Positions 1 through 9,790 of a stretch of 64,000 nt of DNA are shown one piece after another. Position 1 is the first letter of the stretch. Each line of letters starts with the position of its first letter. The stretch comes from Bryobacteraceae bacterium (GTDB lineage: Bacteria; Acidobacteriota; Terriglobia; Bryobacterales; Bryobacteraceae). The notes below the pieces were generated by a model. The model made no database searches and was not told the DNA's origin. It saw nothing but the letters and a program-made list of their open reading frames with translations. A program made the position numbers and the translations under genes. The stretch lies in assembly GCA_035652115.1 (NCBI GenBank), contig DASREJ010000239.1:21087-85086 (forward strand), in the 5' to 3' direction.

Positions 1-528
1 AACGTTGCGCGCAAGGGCCGGCAGCAAGTCCTCTGGGGCTGCATCGGGCGAAAGCGCCGCCATTCTGGCGAACGAGGAAAGAGGCCCCGGTATCGAAACC
101 GTCGAGTAATGTTGTGCGTTTGCGCTACGCTTGGGCGATTGCAGATCCTGACCCCCGGCTGCCCGGTATTCGGAGAGATCACGAGACAGGTCGGCGTCTT
201 TACCCTGCATGAAGTCGATCAAGACGGCTTGCTTCAGAGCCAGCTTGCGAACTTCCGGATCTGTTTCGACAGCAGCCCACTTGAGAAAGGCTTCGCGGCG
301 TCCATCTTCCGTGTGGCGATCAAGAAATAGAGCAAAATTCTTCAGCGACTGGGGCGTACCATCACCAGCCTGTTTTTGGAGCAGAGCGAGCGCTCCCGCC
401 ATGTCGCCCGCTGCTTCGCGCTGCTGCGCCGGGTCAGATGGACTTCGATCGGAAGCTGCCAACGCGGGCAGGGAGAGGATGCAGGCGGATAGGCCCGCAA
501 GTATAAAGAGAACGAGTGTTCCCTTCAC
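1..528 (-). CDS. hypothetical secreted protein, N-terminal part only (gene runs off the left edge)
   Basis: Own reverse-strand translation from GTG at 526..528 gives VKGTLVLFILAGLSACILSLPALAAS..., which looks like a signal peptide. The frame stays open for all 176 codons to base 1. It is absent from the ORF track because no stop lies in the window. The + strand ORFs 109..330 and 209..535 look like shadows of it. Confidence 0.45.
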   Translation of the reverse strand, partial: MKGTLVLFILAGLSACILSLPALAASDRSPSDPAQQREAAGDMAGALALLQKQAGDGTPQSLKNFALFLDRHTEDGRREAFLKWAAVETDPEVRKLALKQAVLIDFMQGKDADLSRDLSEYRAAGGQDLQSPKRSANAQHYSTVSIPGPLSSFARMAALSPDAAPEDLLPALARNV

Positions 529-730
529 GGGATAGTTTTCCCGGAGACGCAGAGTCACGGCGCATAGCCCCCAACTAGGTTTTCTAATCTATCACCTGGA
601 AATCGAGATGGAATGAAGAACTTGTAAAGAATTCTACGGTAAACCTCTTAGTACGGTTGGAAGATGCCGATTAGAAGTGAGAACCTCCTATCTAAGAAAA
701 GAGCCCGGAGGATGCATTTTTCATCTCTGA

Positions 731-2323
731 ATGTCATCTGCGCAAGCTACATGGCCCAGCACGAAAGCGGTGTTCGTTAACGGGACTGCGCTGAAGAAGT
801 TCGCGCTCTATGGCCTGATTGCGCTGATTGCCGGGCTCTATCTTTTTCCCTTTGTGCGCGTGCTTTCCGGCGCAACCGATGAAGGGCTCTATATCTACGC
901 GGCGCAAGAGGCGGCGGAAGGAGCGATTCCAGGGCGCGATTTCATTCAGGAAAATCCACCGGGCGCTTACTACTGGCTGGCGTGGTTCTTCCGCTTATTC
1001 GGCAGCAGCATGATCACAGCGCGCGCCGTATTGTTTTTGACCGGTATCGCGACAGTTCTGGTGGTGTTTTACCTGGCACGGCGTATAGGAAGCCACGGGA
1101 TATTCGCGGTGACGTTTTTGCTGACTACGTCGATTCCGCTTACCCCGATCAATTCACCTCATTACGATTCCAATCTTTTTGCGTTGCTTGCCTTCGCCAT
1201 ATTTCTGATTGGCATCGATTCCACGTCGCATGGACCTATTAAATACTGGCCTTTCGTAGTCGCGGGAGTGCTTGCGGGTTGGGCGAGTTGCATCCTACAA
1301 CAAAAAGGATTTCTGTTCCTGGCGGCATTTGTAGCCGCAAGCTTTTTTCTTTACCGAAAACGTGGCATTCGGCCGAGCTTGCTCATGGTTTCGTCTTATG
1401 CGGCCGTGCTCGTCGCGGAGATCGTGCCTTACATTCTCTGGGGCGCATTACCGGACTTATTTTTTAGCACAGTAAAGATGCCGCTCGCAGGCTATAACAA
1501 CGTGAATCACGTGACTTACGGGTTTCCGTTATGGACGGTATGGTTTCCAGGGCTGTTCGGGCATCTGCGACTTACTCCTTCCGTTCTTTTAACCGCGCCG
1601 ATACTTGCCGCAATGAGCCTTCCGTTTCTGTTAATGCTCGTGCTGCCCCTGCTGTTGGGTGTCATGGGCTATATATGGAGACCGCAAGCTTTTGAGCACC
1701 GGCTGATCCCGTATTGGATCGCGGGCTACGCGATGTGGCTTTCTGAGCTGCATCGGCAAGACATGAGCCATTTTCGAAACGGCTGCATACTGCTCGTGGT
1801 TCTCTTCTTTGCGCTTTGCGAGCGGTTCGGTACGCGATTGTTCAAACAAGCAGCGTTTGCCGTAGCGCTTGGGGCGTTATTGATGGGAACCACAGATCTG
1901 AACGGAACGTTGCACGCGCGACAACCTATCGTTACTCGGCGCGGAACCTTGCTCGCGCAGCGAAAAGATCCCGTAATCGACTTTCTTCTTGCGCATACCC
2001 ACCCAGGAGATTACGCGTTCATCTACCCGTACTCGCCCGTTTACTACTTTTTGGCTGATGTTCGGAATCCCACGCGCTTCAATGTCATCGTCGATCAGAG
2101 AAAGAGCCCGCTCATTCTGGAAGCAATACGCGATCTGGATGCTAAGAAGCCGCGGTATGCAATTGCGCAAACAGCGCTACTCGGCGATGGCATGCAAACC
2201 GTTTTTCCTGCGTATCGTCCTCCCGCTCCAAAAGACCGCATGATCGATAAATACCTGGATGAAAATTATCATCAGGTCGCGTTTGAAAACGGATTTCGAT
2301 TCTTGGAACGAAATTCGGAATGA
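731..2323 (+). CDS. polytopic membrane protein, candidate ArnT/PMT-like (GT39/GT83-type) glycosyltransferase
   Basis: 530 aa with more than ten hydrophobic helices. An acidic motif follows the first helix (GATDEGLYIYAAQ), as in lipid-linked-sugar transferases. The family call is from memory of this architecture only. Confidence 0.5.
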   Translation: MSSAQATWPSTKAVFVNGTALKKFALYGLIALIAGLYLFPFVRVLSGATDEGLYIYAAQEAAEGAIPGRDFIQENPPGAYYWLAWFFRLFGSSMITARAVLFLTGIATVLVVFYLARRIGSHGIFAVTFLLTTSIPLTPINSPHYDSNLFALLAFAIFLIGIDSTSHGPIKYWPFVVAGVLAGWASCILQQKGFLFLAAFVAASFFLYRKRGIRPSLLMVSSYAAVLVAEIVPYILWGALPDLFFSTVKMPLAGYNNVNHVTYGFPLWTVWFPGLFGHLRLTPSVLLTAPILAAMSLPFLLMLVLPLLLGVMGYIWRPQAFEHRLIPYWIAGYAMWLSELHRQDMSHFRNGCILLVVLFFALCERFGTRLFKQAAFAVALGALLMGTTDLNGTLHARQPIVTRRGTLLAQRKDPVIDFLLAHTHPGDYAFIYPYSPVYYFLADVRNPTRFNVIVDQRKSPLILEAIRDLDAKKPRYAIAQTALLGDGMQTVFPAYRPPAPKDRMIDKYLDENYHQVAFENGFRFLERNSE

Positions 2324-3121
2324 TCAAGCCCGCAGGCCGTTAGCTTTAGGCTGCATCGCTGCGCTCGATTGACTTCCGCAAAGCAGAAAGAACGCGCCGA
2401 GTGCGAAGAGTGCTAGTGCGATCCACTGCGTGAGGGAGAACGGACCCACCAATGCTTGCTCATGCTCGCGGAAAAATTCAATGATGAAGCGCGCGGTGGA
2501 GTAGAGAACGAGATAGAGGCCGATAATTTGGCCCGAGCGATAACTGCGCTTGAACTGACGATAGAGAATCAGGAAAATAAGCAAATCCGCCGCCGATTCG
2601 TAAAGTTGCACAGGGTGCAGCGGTTTATCTAGCGGGACTGGCGCAGCAAAATCCGAACGGAAGTGCACGCCCCAGGGAAGGTAACATACTTTACCCCAGC
2701 AACAACCCGCGGCGAAACATCCTAATCGGCCGATTGCCTGGCCGACGGCAACACCCGGGGCAAACACGTCCATGGTTTTCAGTACGGGAAGCTTTTGGCG
2801 ATCTAAATAAAGATACGCGAAGATCAGGGCCACGATAAATCCGCCGTGGAAAACGCCGGCCGCCTGCAACGTGGCCATGCTAAAGATCTGGCCCGGATCG
2901 CGAATGTAGTCGCCAATATCGAACAGAAACATGAACAGCTTCGCTCCGACGATGCCTGCGATCGCGCAATAAACCGCGAGATTCGTGATCTTGTCAGGAG
3001 GCAGGCCGGCACGCCGAGCTAACCGCGTGGTAATAGCAAGTCCGGTGAGAAATGCAGTTGCCACCAATACGCCGTACGTGGGCAGGTAGAACGAACCGAT
3101 CCGGAATAGTACAGGAAACAT
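2324..3121 (-). CDS. lgt: prolipoprotein diacylglyceryl transferase
   Basis: 265 aa. N-terminus is MFPVLFRIGSFYLPTYGVLVA. The motifs GRLGCFAAGCCWG and HPVQLYES are typical of Lgt. It lies downstream of lspA. Confidence 0.9.
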   Translation of the reverse strand: MFPVLFRIGSFYLPTYGVLVATAFLTGLAITTRLARRAGLPPDKITNLAVYCAIAGIVGAKLFMFLFDIGDYIRDPGQIFSMATLQAAGVFHGGFIVALIFAYLYLDRQKLPVLKTMDVFAPGVAVGQAIGRLGCFAAGCCWGKVCYLPWGVHFRSDFAAPVPLDKPLHPVQLYESAADLLIFLILYRQFKRSYRSGQIIGLYLVLYSTARFIIEFFREHEQALVGPFSLTQWIALALFALGAFFLLCGSQSSAAMQPKANGLRA

Positions 3122-3134
3122 CCGCTATTTGTCG

Positions 3135-3650
3135 CTACCCTTCTTTGATGCCTTTACGATGCGGCTTGATGAGATCAAACAGCAATAAGACGGCTCCCAC
3201 GCTAATGGCGCTATCGGCAACATTGAAGGCCGGAAACGACCATGTACCGTGGTACACCTCGATGAAATCGGTCACCGTACCTCGAAAAATTCGGTCGAGC
3301 AGATTTCCGAACGCGCCTCCTAATATCAACGCAAGACCGAACCGCGTAGCTGCTGAACGAAAAGCGCCGTTTCGGCTCCACAGCGCCGAGGCCACAAATA
3401 CCAGAACGGTTGCCGAGATACCTATTAAGACGATACTGCGCAAAATCGGGTTGCCTTCGGCCAAAACACCAAAGGCCGCACCGGGATTTTCGGCATGGAC
3501 GATACGAAGCCAATCCGGAATAATCGAGATGCTGTCGAATGAGCGCAGTGAGTGGAGAATGAGCAACTTGGTAATACGATCAGCTACCAAGATGAGCAAC
3601 GCGGCTCCGGCTGCGGTGATCCGAGCGCTTACATAAGGCCGGCTCGGCAC
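3135..3650 (-). CDS. lspA: lipoprotein signal peptidase II
   Basis: Carries the motifs FGNLLDRIFRGTVTDFIEVY and FPAFNVADSAISVGAVLLL. The ORF-track start at 3752 overlaps ileS by 100 nt. An in-frame GTG at 3648..3650 overlaps the ileS TAG by 1 nt (TAGTG) and gives a normal 171-aa LspA. Confidence 0.88.
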   Translation of the reverse strand: MPSRPYVSARITAAGAALLILVADRITKLLILHSLRSFDSISIIPDWLRIVHAENPGAAFGVLAEGNPILRSIVLIGISATVLVFVASALWSRNGAFRSAATRFGLALILGGAFGNLLDRIFRGTVTDFIEVYHGTWSFPAFNVADSAISVGAVLLLFDLIKPHRKGIKEG

Positions 3651-6466
3651 TAGTTCAAATGTTCCGGCAGAACTGAGGCACACGCCGCGCATACGGTCGG
3701 AAAATCGGGATTGCTGCCAACGTCTGTAGTGTATTTCCAGCAGCGCTCGCATTTATCGCCCCGGGCCCGCTCCACTTCAACCGCTAATTCATTGTCATCG
3801 GCGCCTTGCTGCAACTCCACTTGAGAGACGATGAACCAGGCTGGCAGATCGGACAAGTGCGCATTCAGCAGTCGGTGATTCGCTTCGGAAGCCCTCAAAA
3901 CAACTGCTGCTTCTAACGAACCACCGATGAGTTTGTCTTCACGCGCATTGTCGAGAGCTTTAAGAACTTCGTTGCGAATGGGGACCAACTTGTCCCAATC
4001 GGCAGCCTCGCGACGCTGCGCGTCAGTTATCCCGTCGGTCAATTCGTCGGGTGCAGGGAAGTATGACAAGTGGACACTTTCAGTCGCCGTACTCTTCGAA
4101 TCGGGATGTTGCCAGACTTCTTCGCAGGTAAACGATAATATTGGAGCGAGCAGCCGAACAAGCGCCATATTCAGGCGATGAAGGACGGTTTGATTCGTAC
4201 GGCGCGCTGTTCTGCTTTGGGTATAGAGCCTGTCCTTCGATACGTCAAAATAAAGCGCGCTGAGATCTGTGATGACGAAATCGTAGACTGCGCGGTAGAC
4301 TTTGTGAAATTCGTATTGGTCGTACCAAGCGCGGCAGCGGCGGACCAAGTCTTCGGCACGAACCAGAATCCAGGAATCGATGCCGGAGAGACGATCGCCA
4401 GACACCGTATTAATCGCTGGATCGAAGTCATGGAGATTGCTCAGCATGTAGCGGAAGCCGCTGTTGCGAATCTTTCGATAAGCGTCTTCGAGACGAGTCA
4501 GAATCGTTTCCGACATGCGCACGTCTTCGGTGAAGTCTACCGACGCCACCCAGAGCCGGAGCACGTCCGCTCCTTTTTTCATCACGATTTCAGAAGGCTC
4601 GATGATATTGCCTAAAGACTTGGACATCGCGCGACCATCGGCATCGAGTGTCCAGCCGTGAGTGGCGCACTCGCGATAGGGTGAAGCGTTCTTCAGCCCA
4701 ACGCCAATGAGTAATGAGCTGTGGAACCAGCCGCGATATTGATCGCCGCCTTCGATATACATGTCGGATGGCCAAGTGACGCCGTTCTGCGGCGTGAGTG
4801 TTGCCAAGTGGCTTGATCCGGAATCGAACCACACGTCCAAGATGTCGGTCTCTTTGCGAAAGGTCGTGGCGCCGCAGCGGGAGCAAGCGCAGCCAGGACC
4901 CATCAGCTCTTCAACGGTTTTTGAATACCAGACGTCGGCCGTGTGCTCGCGGAATTGTGCGACCACCTTTTCGAGCACGGCGCGATCCGTAAAGGGCGTG
5001 GCGCAGCTCTCACAATAGAAGACAACGATGGGAACGCCCCAGACCCGTTGACGCGAGATGCACCAGTCCGGGCGCGCCGCAATCATGTTCCACATCCGCT
5101 CTTCGCCCCAGCTCGGATGCCAGCTCACTTGCTTGATTGCGTGAAGAGAGCGAGCGCGAAGATCGTTGCGATCCATGCCGATGAACCATTGCTCGGTCGC
5201 GCGGAAAATCACCGGATTGTGACAGCGCCAGCAATGCGGATAGCTGTGATCGAGACGCTCTTGTCCTGCAAGTGCGCCATGCTCTTCGAGCAGCTTAATG
5301 ACGAGCGGATTGATCTCCCAAACCGTTTTGCCGATCAATTCGTCAGGAAGTTTTCCGCTGGCGCCTTCCGCGTGAAAAATACGGCCGGCGGCATCGACCG
5401 GGCAATACACGGGAATCCCATAACGTTGGCCGATAACGAAGTCTTCTTGTCCGTGACCAGGAGCAGTGTGTACTGCGCCGGTACCTTGTTCGAGCGTGAC
5501 GTGATCGCCGAGAAGGCCTAGTGAATCGCGGTCAATAAAAGGATGGCGGAACACCGCGCGCTCGAGTTTTGAACCAGGGAAGCGCGCAACGATGGTCTGA
5601 TCCCAGCCCAACGCCTCCGCTAACTTCGGCAAGAGCCCTTCTGCAACAATCGCAACGCCCTGGGGCGTATCGACCGCCACGTACTCAAATTTCGGATTGA
5701 AGGCGATCGCTAGATTGGCCGGAATCGTCCATGGGGTCGTGGTCCAGATCAGGCAATAAACATTGCGCCCGGCTAAGGCAGGATCGATCGCGGCCGGATC
5801 GGAAGCGAGCTTGAACCGGACATAAATGGAAGGGCTGGTGTGATTTTCGTATTCAACTTCGGCTTCGGCGAGCGCGGTGCGGTCTTTGATGCACCAGTGG
5901 ACAGGCTTCAAGCCCTTATAAATGTAGTCTTCATGAAGAAAGTCAACGAACGCCTGCGCGATGATCGCTTCATATTCGGCGCTCATCGTTAAGTAGGGGT
6001 CAGCCCAACGTCCCAGCACGCCGAGACGCTTGAACTCCGTGCGGTGAATGTCGACGAATTTTGCGGCGTATGCCCGGCAATGCGCACGAATTTCCACGAT
6101 GGACATTGCGGCCTTGCGCTTACCGAGTTCTTGATCGACTTTGAACTCAATCGGCAGGCCATGACAATCCCAACCGGGAATGTATGGTGCATCGAAACCG
6201 GCCATTGTTTTGGATTTGACGATGAAGTCCTTCAGGATTTTGTTAAACGCCGTACCCAGGTGAATGTTCCCGTTGGCGTAGGGAGGTCCATCATGCAAGA
6301 CATATTGCGTTAGCCCGGCGCGAGACTCCCGAATCCTTTGATAAAGGTTGATTTCCTCCCAGTGCTCTAGGGTCTTAGGTTCCTTTGAAGGCAGATTTGC
6401 CTTCATGGGGAAGGTAGTTTTCGGCAGGTTGACCGTCTTTTTCAGGTCAACGGAGGAGACATTCAT
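3650..6466 (-). CDS. ileS: isoleucine--tRNA ligase
   Basis: 938 aa. HIGH-type motif PYANGNIHLGTAFNKILKD, KMSKS motif (AMSKSLGN) and a C-terminal Zn-finger cysteine cluster (CERCW...CAAC). Confidence 0.97.
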   Translation of the reverse strand: MNVSSVDLKKTVNLPKTTFPMKANLPSKEPKTLEHWEEINLYQRIRESRAGLTQYVLHDGPPYANGNIHLGTAFNKILKDFIVKSKTMAGFDAPYIPGWDCHGLPIEFKVDQELGKRKAAMSIVEIRAHCRAYAAKFVDIHRTEFKRLGVLGRWADPYLTMSAEYEAIIAQAFVDFLHEDYIYKGLKPVHWCIKDRTALAEAEVEYENHTSPSIYVRFKLASDPAAIDPALAGRNVYCLIWTTTPWTIPANLAIAFNPKFEYVAVDTPQGVAIVAEGLLPKLAEALGWDQTIVARFPGSKLERAVFRHPFIDRDSLGLLGDHVTLEQGTGAVHTAPGHGQEDFVIGQRYGIPVYCPVDAAGRIFHAEGASGKLPDELIGKTVWEINPLVIKLLEEHGALAGQERLDHSYPHCWRCHNPVIFRATEQWFIGMDRNDLRARSLHAIKQVSWHPSWGEERMWNMIAARPDWCISRQRVWGVPIVVFYCESCATPFTDRAVLEKVVAQFREHTADVWYSKTVEELMGPGCACSRCGATTFRKETDILDVWFDSGSSHLATLTPQNGVTWPSDMYIEGGDQYRGWFHSSLLIGVGLKNASPYRECATHGWTLDADGRAMSKSLGNIIEPSEIVMKKGADVLRLWVASVDFTEDVRMSETILTRLEDAYRKIRNSGFRYMLSNLHDFDPAINTVSGDRLSGIDSWILVRAEDLVRRCRAWYDQYEFHKVYRAVYDFVITDLSALYFDVSKDRLYTQSRTARRTNQTVLHRLNMALVRLLAPILSFTCEEVWQHPDSKSTATESVHLSYFPAPDELTDGITDAQRREAADWDKLVPIRNEVLKALDNAREDKLIGGSLEAAVVLRASEANHRLLNAHLSDLPAWFIVSQVELQQGADDNELAVEVERARGDKCERCWKYTTDVGSNPDFPTVCAACASVLPEHLN

Positions 6467-6568
6467 GGATCATTTTCATGGTAGCGGACGAAACAGGATT
6501 CGCCGGTGTGTTGCGCATGAAGTCGCTGATGGAGTGCGTGATATTCTCGTCAATTCCCGTCCATTCCG

Positions 6569-9500
6569 ATGCGTTTGATCGTTCAGCAATTTCAGTTGCA
6601 AAACCCGACCTGGCAGGGGAATGCCTGGCCGGGACAGAATCTCACCGCAAGCGTGACCGCGGCAGGAATTACCAACGATGAACGAATCGAATTTGTCATT
6701 CAGGATAATGCCACGAATGAGCGTGTGGATTCGGTCATGGCGGCTGCGGGGCAGACCTCGGTGCAATGGCCGGTTCCGAACCTTCCTAGTACGGCCAATG
6801 TAAGTTTTAGAGCGATTTTGCGCGAAGCTCCTTCGCCAGCGAATGGACAGCTTGCAACGATTATGAGCGTTACATCGCCGGTGCAAGCGCTGCAAAGTTT
6901 TGGTGTCCAGATCAATAACGTCGACGCTGCGTTCGTGCCGGGCCCAGCGCGGGAGCAGCTACAACTCAGCTTCACGGTAACTGACGCCAATAATCGCGCC
7001 ACCCAGGGGCGCTATGAAATTTGGGGCGAACGCTATCCCGGCGCAACACCGGAGCCGCTCTATCGCGAGAATTTTGTTCCGGCGGCGGGGGCTATGAACT
7101 GGAATACTTGGCGCGGTCTCGCGAATAAAGGGCATCTGAACGGAAAATACATCACTCCGGAGTTCAGCCCCTATCGCGTACGCATCATCATCGGAACCAG
7201 CGCCGGCGATGTGGACGATCCGTATGGAGTGGGATTAGGCAAAGTGGCGTGCGCCGAGTCCCCGTTTGAAGTCAAGTTCAAGACAATCGGAATCAAGAAG
7301 TGGCAGAACCTGCAGGAGGCTACAACCGAGGCTGAATATAGGCTGGATAAAACGTTGATGGTAATGCCGCCGCGGAATGCCGACGGCACTTATGCGGCGG
7401 TGGCAGAGTTACCTGAGGATCGGCCTTTAGCCGTCCCTGCCATCGCACAAACAGCGCGAATTCGGGTACCTATCGCACGGCACCAGGCCAAAAAAGATGA
7501 ACTTGACCAGGGTTCTCTCGCAATTGGCGGCAGTTACATGGAAAAAGGCGACACCAAATGGAAAATGGAAGAGCCACTCTACTCTCGTCCCGAGTTGCCG
7601 ATTCAGTTCGAGCCAAAGCTGGCGAGTCGAGTTCCCGGCGCCAATCCCGAAGGTATTTTTGAACCGCAGGCGGTAGGACCGGCAGTTATTGAACCGGTTG
7701 CCGAGGAGTTCTATAACACTGCCTTACTCGATGGCGCCGGTGTTAATCCCACGTATTGCAGGAACGCCGCATTCAAAGTAAAGAAGGGCAAACACGACGC
7801 GCCTTATCACGATGCGAACAACCAGCCTGAATTTCACTATTGGCAGGCCAGGATTGAGGTCTCCAATGCGGACGTCACTGGGAATGTGCGTACGTACGAT
7901 GTGACAACCTTCGATAATGCCCTGAAATATCTCGCAGGGCAGGACGAATTTAAAGAATTGTACGTCTACCTGAACCGGCGGCTTCTGAGCCGGTCAGACC
8001 GGAACGATGACCAGGAGCTAGACAAACATTATTACGACTATCGGGAAATACCGAACGGCCCGAACTCGGTTCAGATTAGGCTCCGTCCGAACTTCACACA
8101 TGTTGACGATGTGCTCTGGATTGTGCGAACGGATTCCACCGCAAGCGGGGACAACAAGGTAAAGAACTGGGAAGTGTTTCCTCCAGGACCGAACTGTCAC
8201 AAATATTATGGCGGCGTGCGCGGCGAAGAACCCACTTCCGATCTCAGCAATTATTTCCGAGCTAATTTTTCGAAGAAAGGTAAGAAGAAACCGATAATCG
8301 GGAAGGCCAATGCCGCCTTTCCGTTTAATAAATATATAGATCTAAAGCCGGATCTTACCAAGCCAAAAGAGCGGCAGGAGCGAGTGGAAACCGGTGTGAT
8401 GCTTAGCGGAAATGAGCTTGGCCGCGCCGGCGTAATTTTTTCGCCCAGTTGCATCGGGGGTGACGCCTATGTCGTTCATGCCTGGATTGAGCGCGAGGGA
8501 TATGCGCGAAGATTCGGGTTTATTGAAGAAGAAGCGGCCATCAAGAGTAAATCGGGAACCATGACCGTATGGCGCTGGGCGCGCATAAAGAATAGCTACC
8601 GGTTGCCGAACATAAACACAAATGGCTTGGCGGCTACCGTGGGAGGAGATGCGGAAACGCCAATGCCTGGACGCGGCTATGCGGGCAATGGCGTGAACAT
8701 GCCAATTGATGGTGCAGCGAATTCCATCAACACTTTTTTCGGAGACAATAAAGCGTTCAATGAATGGACACTGACGGCGCCTCCAGCCGGGGGCGGCGGA
8801 GATCCCGTGCATCAGCACGTCGATCTCAACGCCTATCGCACAAAACACGCTTCTGTAACAAGCTCCTGGACCGGATATGTGTCCATGGCCAACAACGGCG
8901 CCATCAAGAACTACTGCGCGGTGTGGGACGCTTATCGAATGCGGCTGCCGCCGGGGCTTCCTAATCTGCCAAACTTAATCGCGAATACAATCGCAGCGCA
9001 GGCGGTGGGCACTTCCACGCACGACGTCGGAGTTGCAGTCGAAAATGCGATTACCGGTCACGGCGCGAATCCCGATGTCGCGCTCAATGGCGGCGTGGCG
9101 GTGATCCCTAACTACCCCAGCAACGACCCTGACGATTACGAAAATTGGCTGGACGGCCGGTGGGACACCGAATATAACGGAGTGCTGGATGCGCTTGTCC
9201 CCGCGGAAAGCAAGCCTGAAAAAGTAAATGTTCTGCGCTGGCCCTTTCTGCATGAACATGAAGCCTGGATAGGATATGACGATCCTAACGATACCGCGGT
9301 GTATTCAGGCAGCATGACGAACGGCTTTTCTTCCGGCGACGCACAAAGCATGTTTCGTACCGCGGATTTAGTAGGTGGGGTCCGGCAGGCGGCCGACACG
9401 GGAACGTTTCCACATGAAATGGGCCATGCGATGAATCTGATCCATTTTGTCGCTGGAAATTTCGGATGGAAACATCATGATGTCAATTCTCCGGATTGCC

Positions 9501-9790
9501 TCATGAGCTACACATATTGCGGGGCAATTATTCCGCGGGCAAGTTGTAGCGCGCCGGTTGCTGCCGGTGTAACCCGCGAAGATGGTTGGCCGGATAATAT
9601 TCCATCTCCGATCCCATCAAACACGAAAGTCGGGCCTGGGGCGGTGGCCGCCGCAGCATGTATCTACTTTCAAAAATTGCAAACTCTGGGACAACAGCGA
9701 AACGGTCCTTGCGCGAAATGTCAATTGAAGGTCCGAGGCTGGAAAGATGAATTGCTTCCGTTCGCGTGGAAGCATCCCGATTTGTTTTGA
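6569..9790 (+). CDS. large hypothetical protein with a C-terminal metzincin-like zinc-protease signature
   Basis: 1073 aa with no signal peptide. HEMGHAMNLIH lies at 9413..9445 and CLMSY (Met-turn-like) at 9497..9511. An N-terminal ~60-aa module is shared with the ORFs at 14082..15179 and 13687..14070. The ATG at 6569 is the first start after an in-frame TGA at 6539. Confidence 0.7.
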   Translation: MRLIVQQFQLQNPTWQGNAWPGQNLTASVTAAGITNDERIEFVIQDNATNERVDSVMAAAGQTSVQWPVPNLPSTANVSFRAILREAPSPANGQLATIMSVTSPVQALQSFGVQINNVDAAFVPGPAREQLQLSFTVTDANNRATQGRYEIWGERYPGATPEPLYRENFVPAAGAMNWNTWRGLANKGHLNGKYITPEFSPYRVRIIIGTSAGDVDDPYGVGLGKVACAESPFEVKFKTIGIKKWQNLQEATTEAEYRLDKTLMVMPPRNADGTYAAVAELPEDRPLAVPAIAQTARIRVPIARHQAKKDELDQGSLAIGGSYMEKGDTKWKMEEPLYSRPELPIQFEPKLASRVPGANPEGIFEPQAVGPAVIEPVAEEFYNTALLDGAGVNPTYCRNAAFKVKKGKHDAPYHDANNQPEFHYWQARIEVSNADVTGNVRTYDVTTFDNALKYLAGQDEFKELYVYLNRRLLSRSDRNDDQELDKHYYDYREIPNGPNSVQIRLRPNFTHVDDVLWIVRTDSTASGDNKVKNWEVFPPGPNCHKYYGGVRGEEPTSDLSNYFRANFSKKGKKKPIIGKANAAFPFNKYIDLKPDLTKPKERQERVETGVMLSGNELGRAGVIFSPSCIGGDAYVVHAWIEREGYARRFGFIEEEAAIKSKSGTMTVWRWARIKNSYRLPNINTNGLAATVGGDAETPMPGRGYAGNGVNMPIDGAANSINTFFGDNKAFNEWTLTAPPAGGGGDPVHQHVDLNAYRTKHASVTSSWTGYVSMANNGAIKNYCAVWDAYRMRLPPGLPNLPNLIANTIAAQAVGTSTHDVGVAVENAITGHGANPDVALNGGVAVIPNYPSNDPDDYENWLDGRWDTEYNGVLDALVPAESKPEKVNVLRWPFLHEHEAWIGYDDPNDTAVYSGSMTNGFSSGDAQSMFRTADLVGGVRQAADTGTFPHEMGHAMNLIHFVAGNFGWKHHDVNSPDCLMSYTYCGAIIPRASCSAPVAAGVTREDGWPDNIPSPIPSNTKVGPGAVAAAACIYFQKLQTLGQQRNGPCAKCQLKVRGWKDELLPFAWKHPDLF

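Noticed and set aside
6476-6895. 139-aa minus-strand ORF bridging the ileS / island intergenic region
   Set aside because: It overlaps the start of the 1073-aa gene in antisense and is Arg-rich with no motifs.
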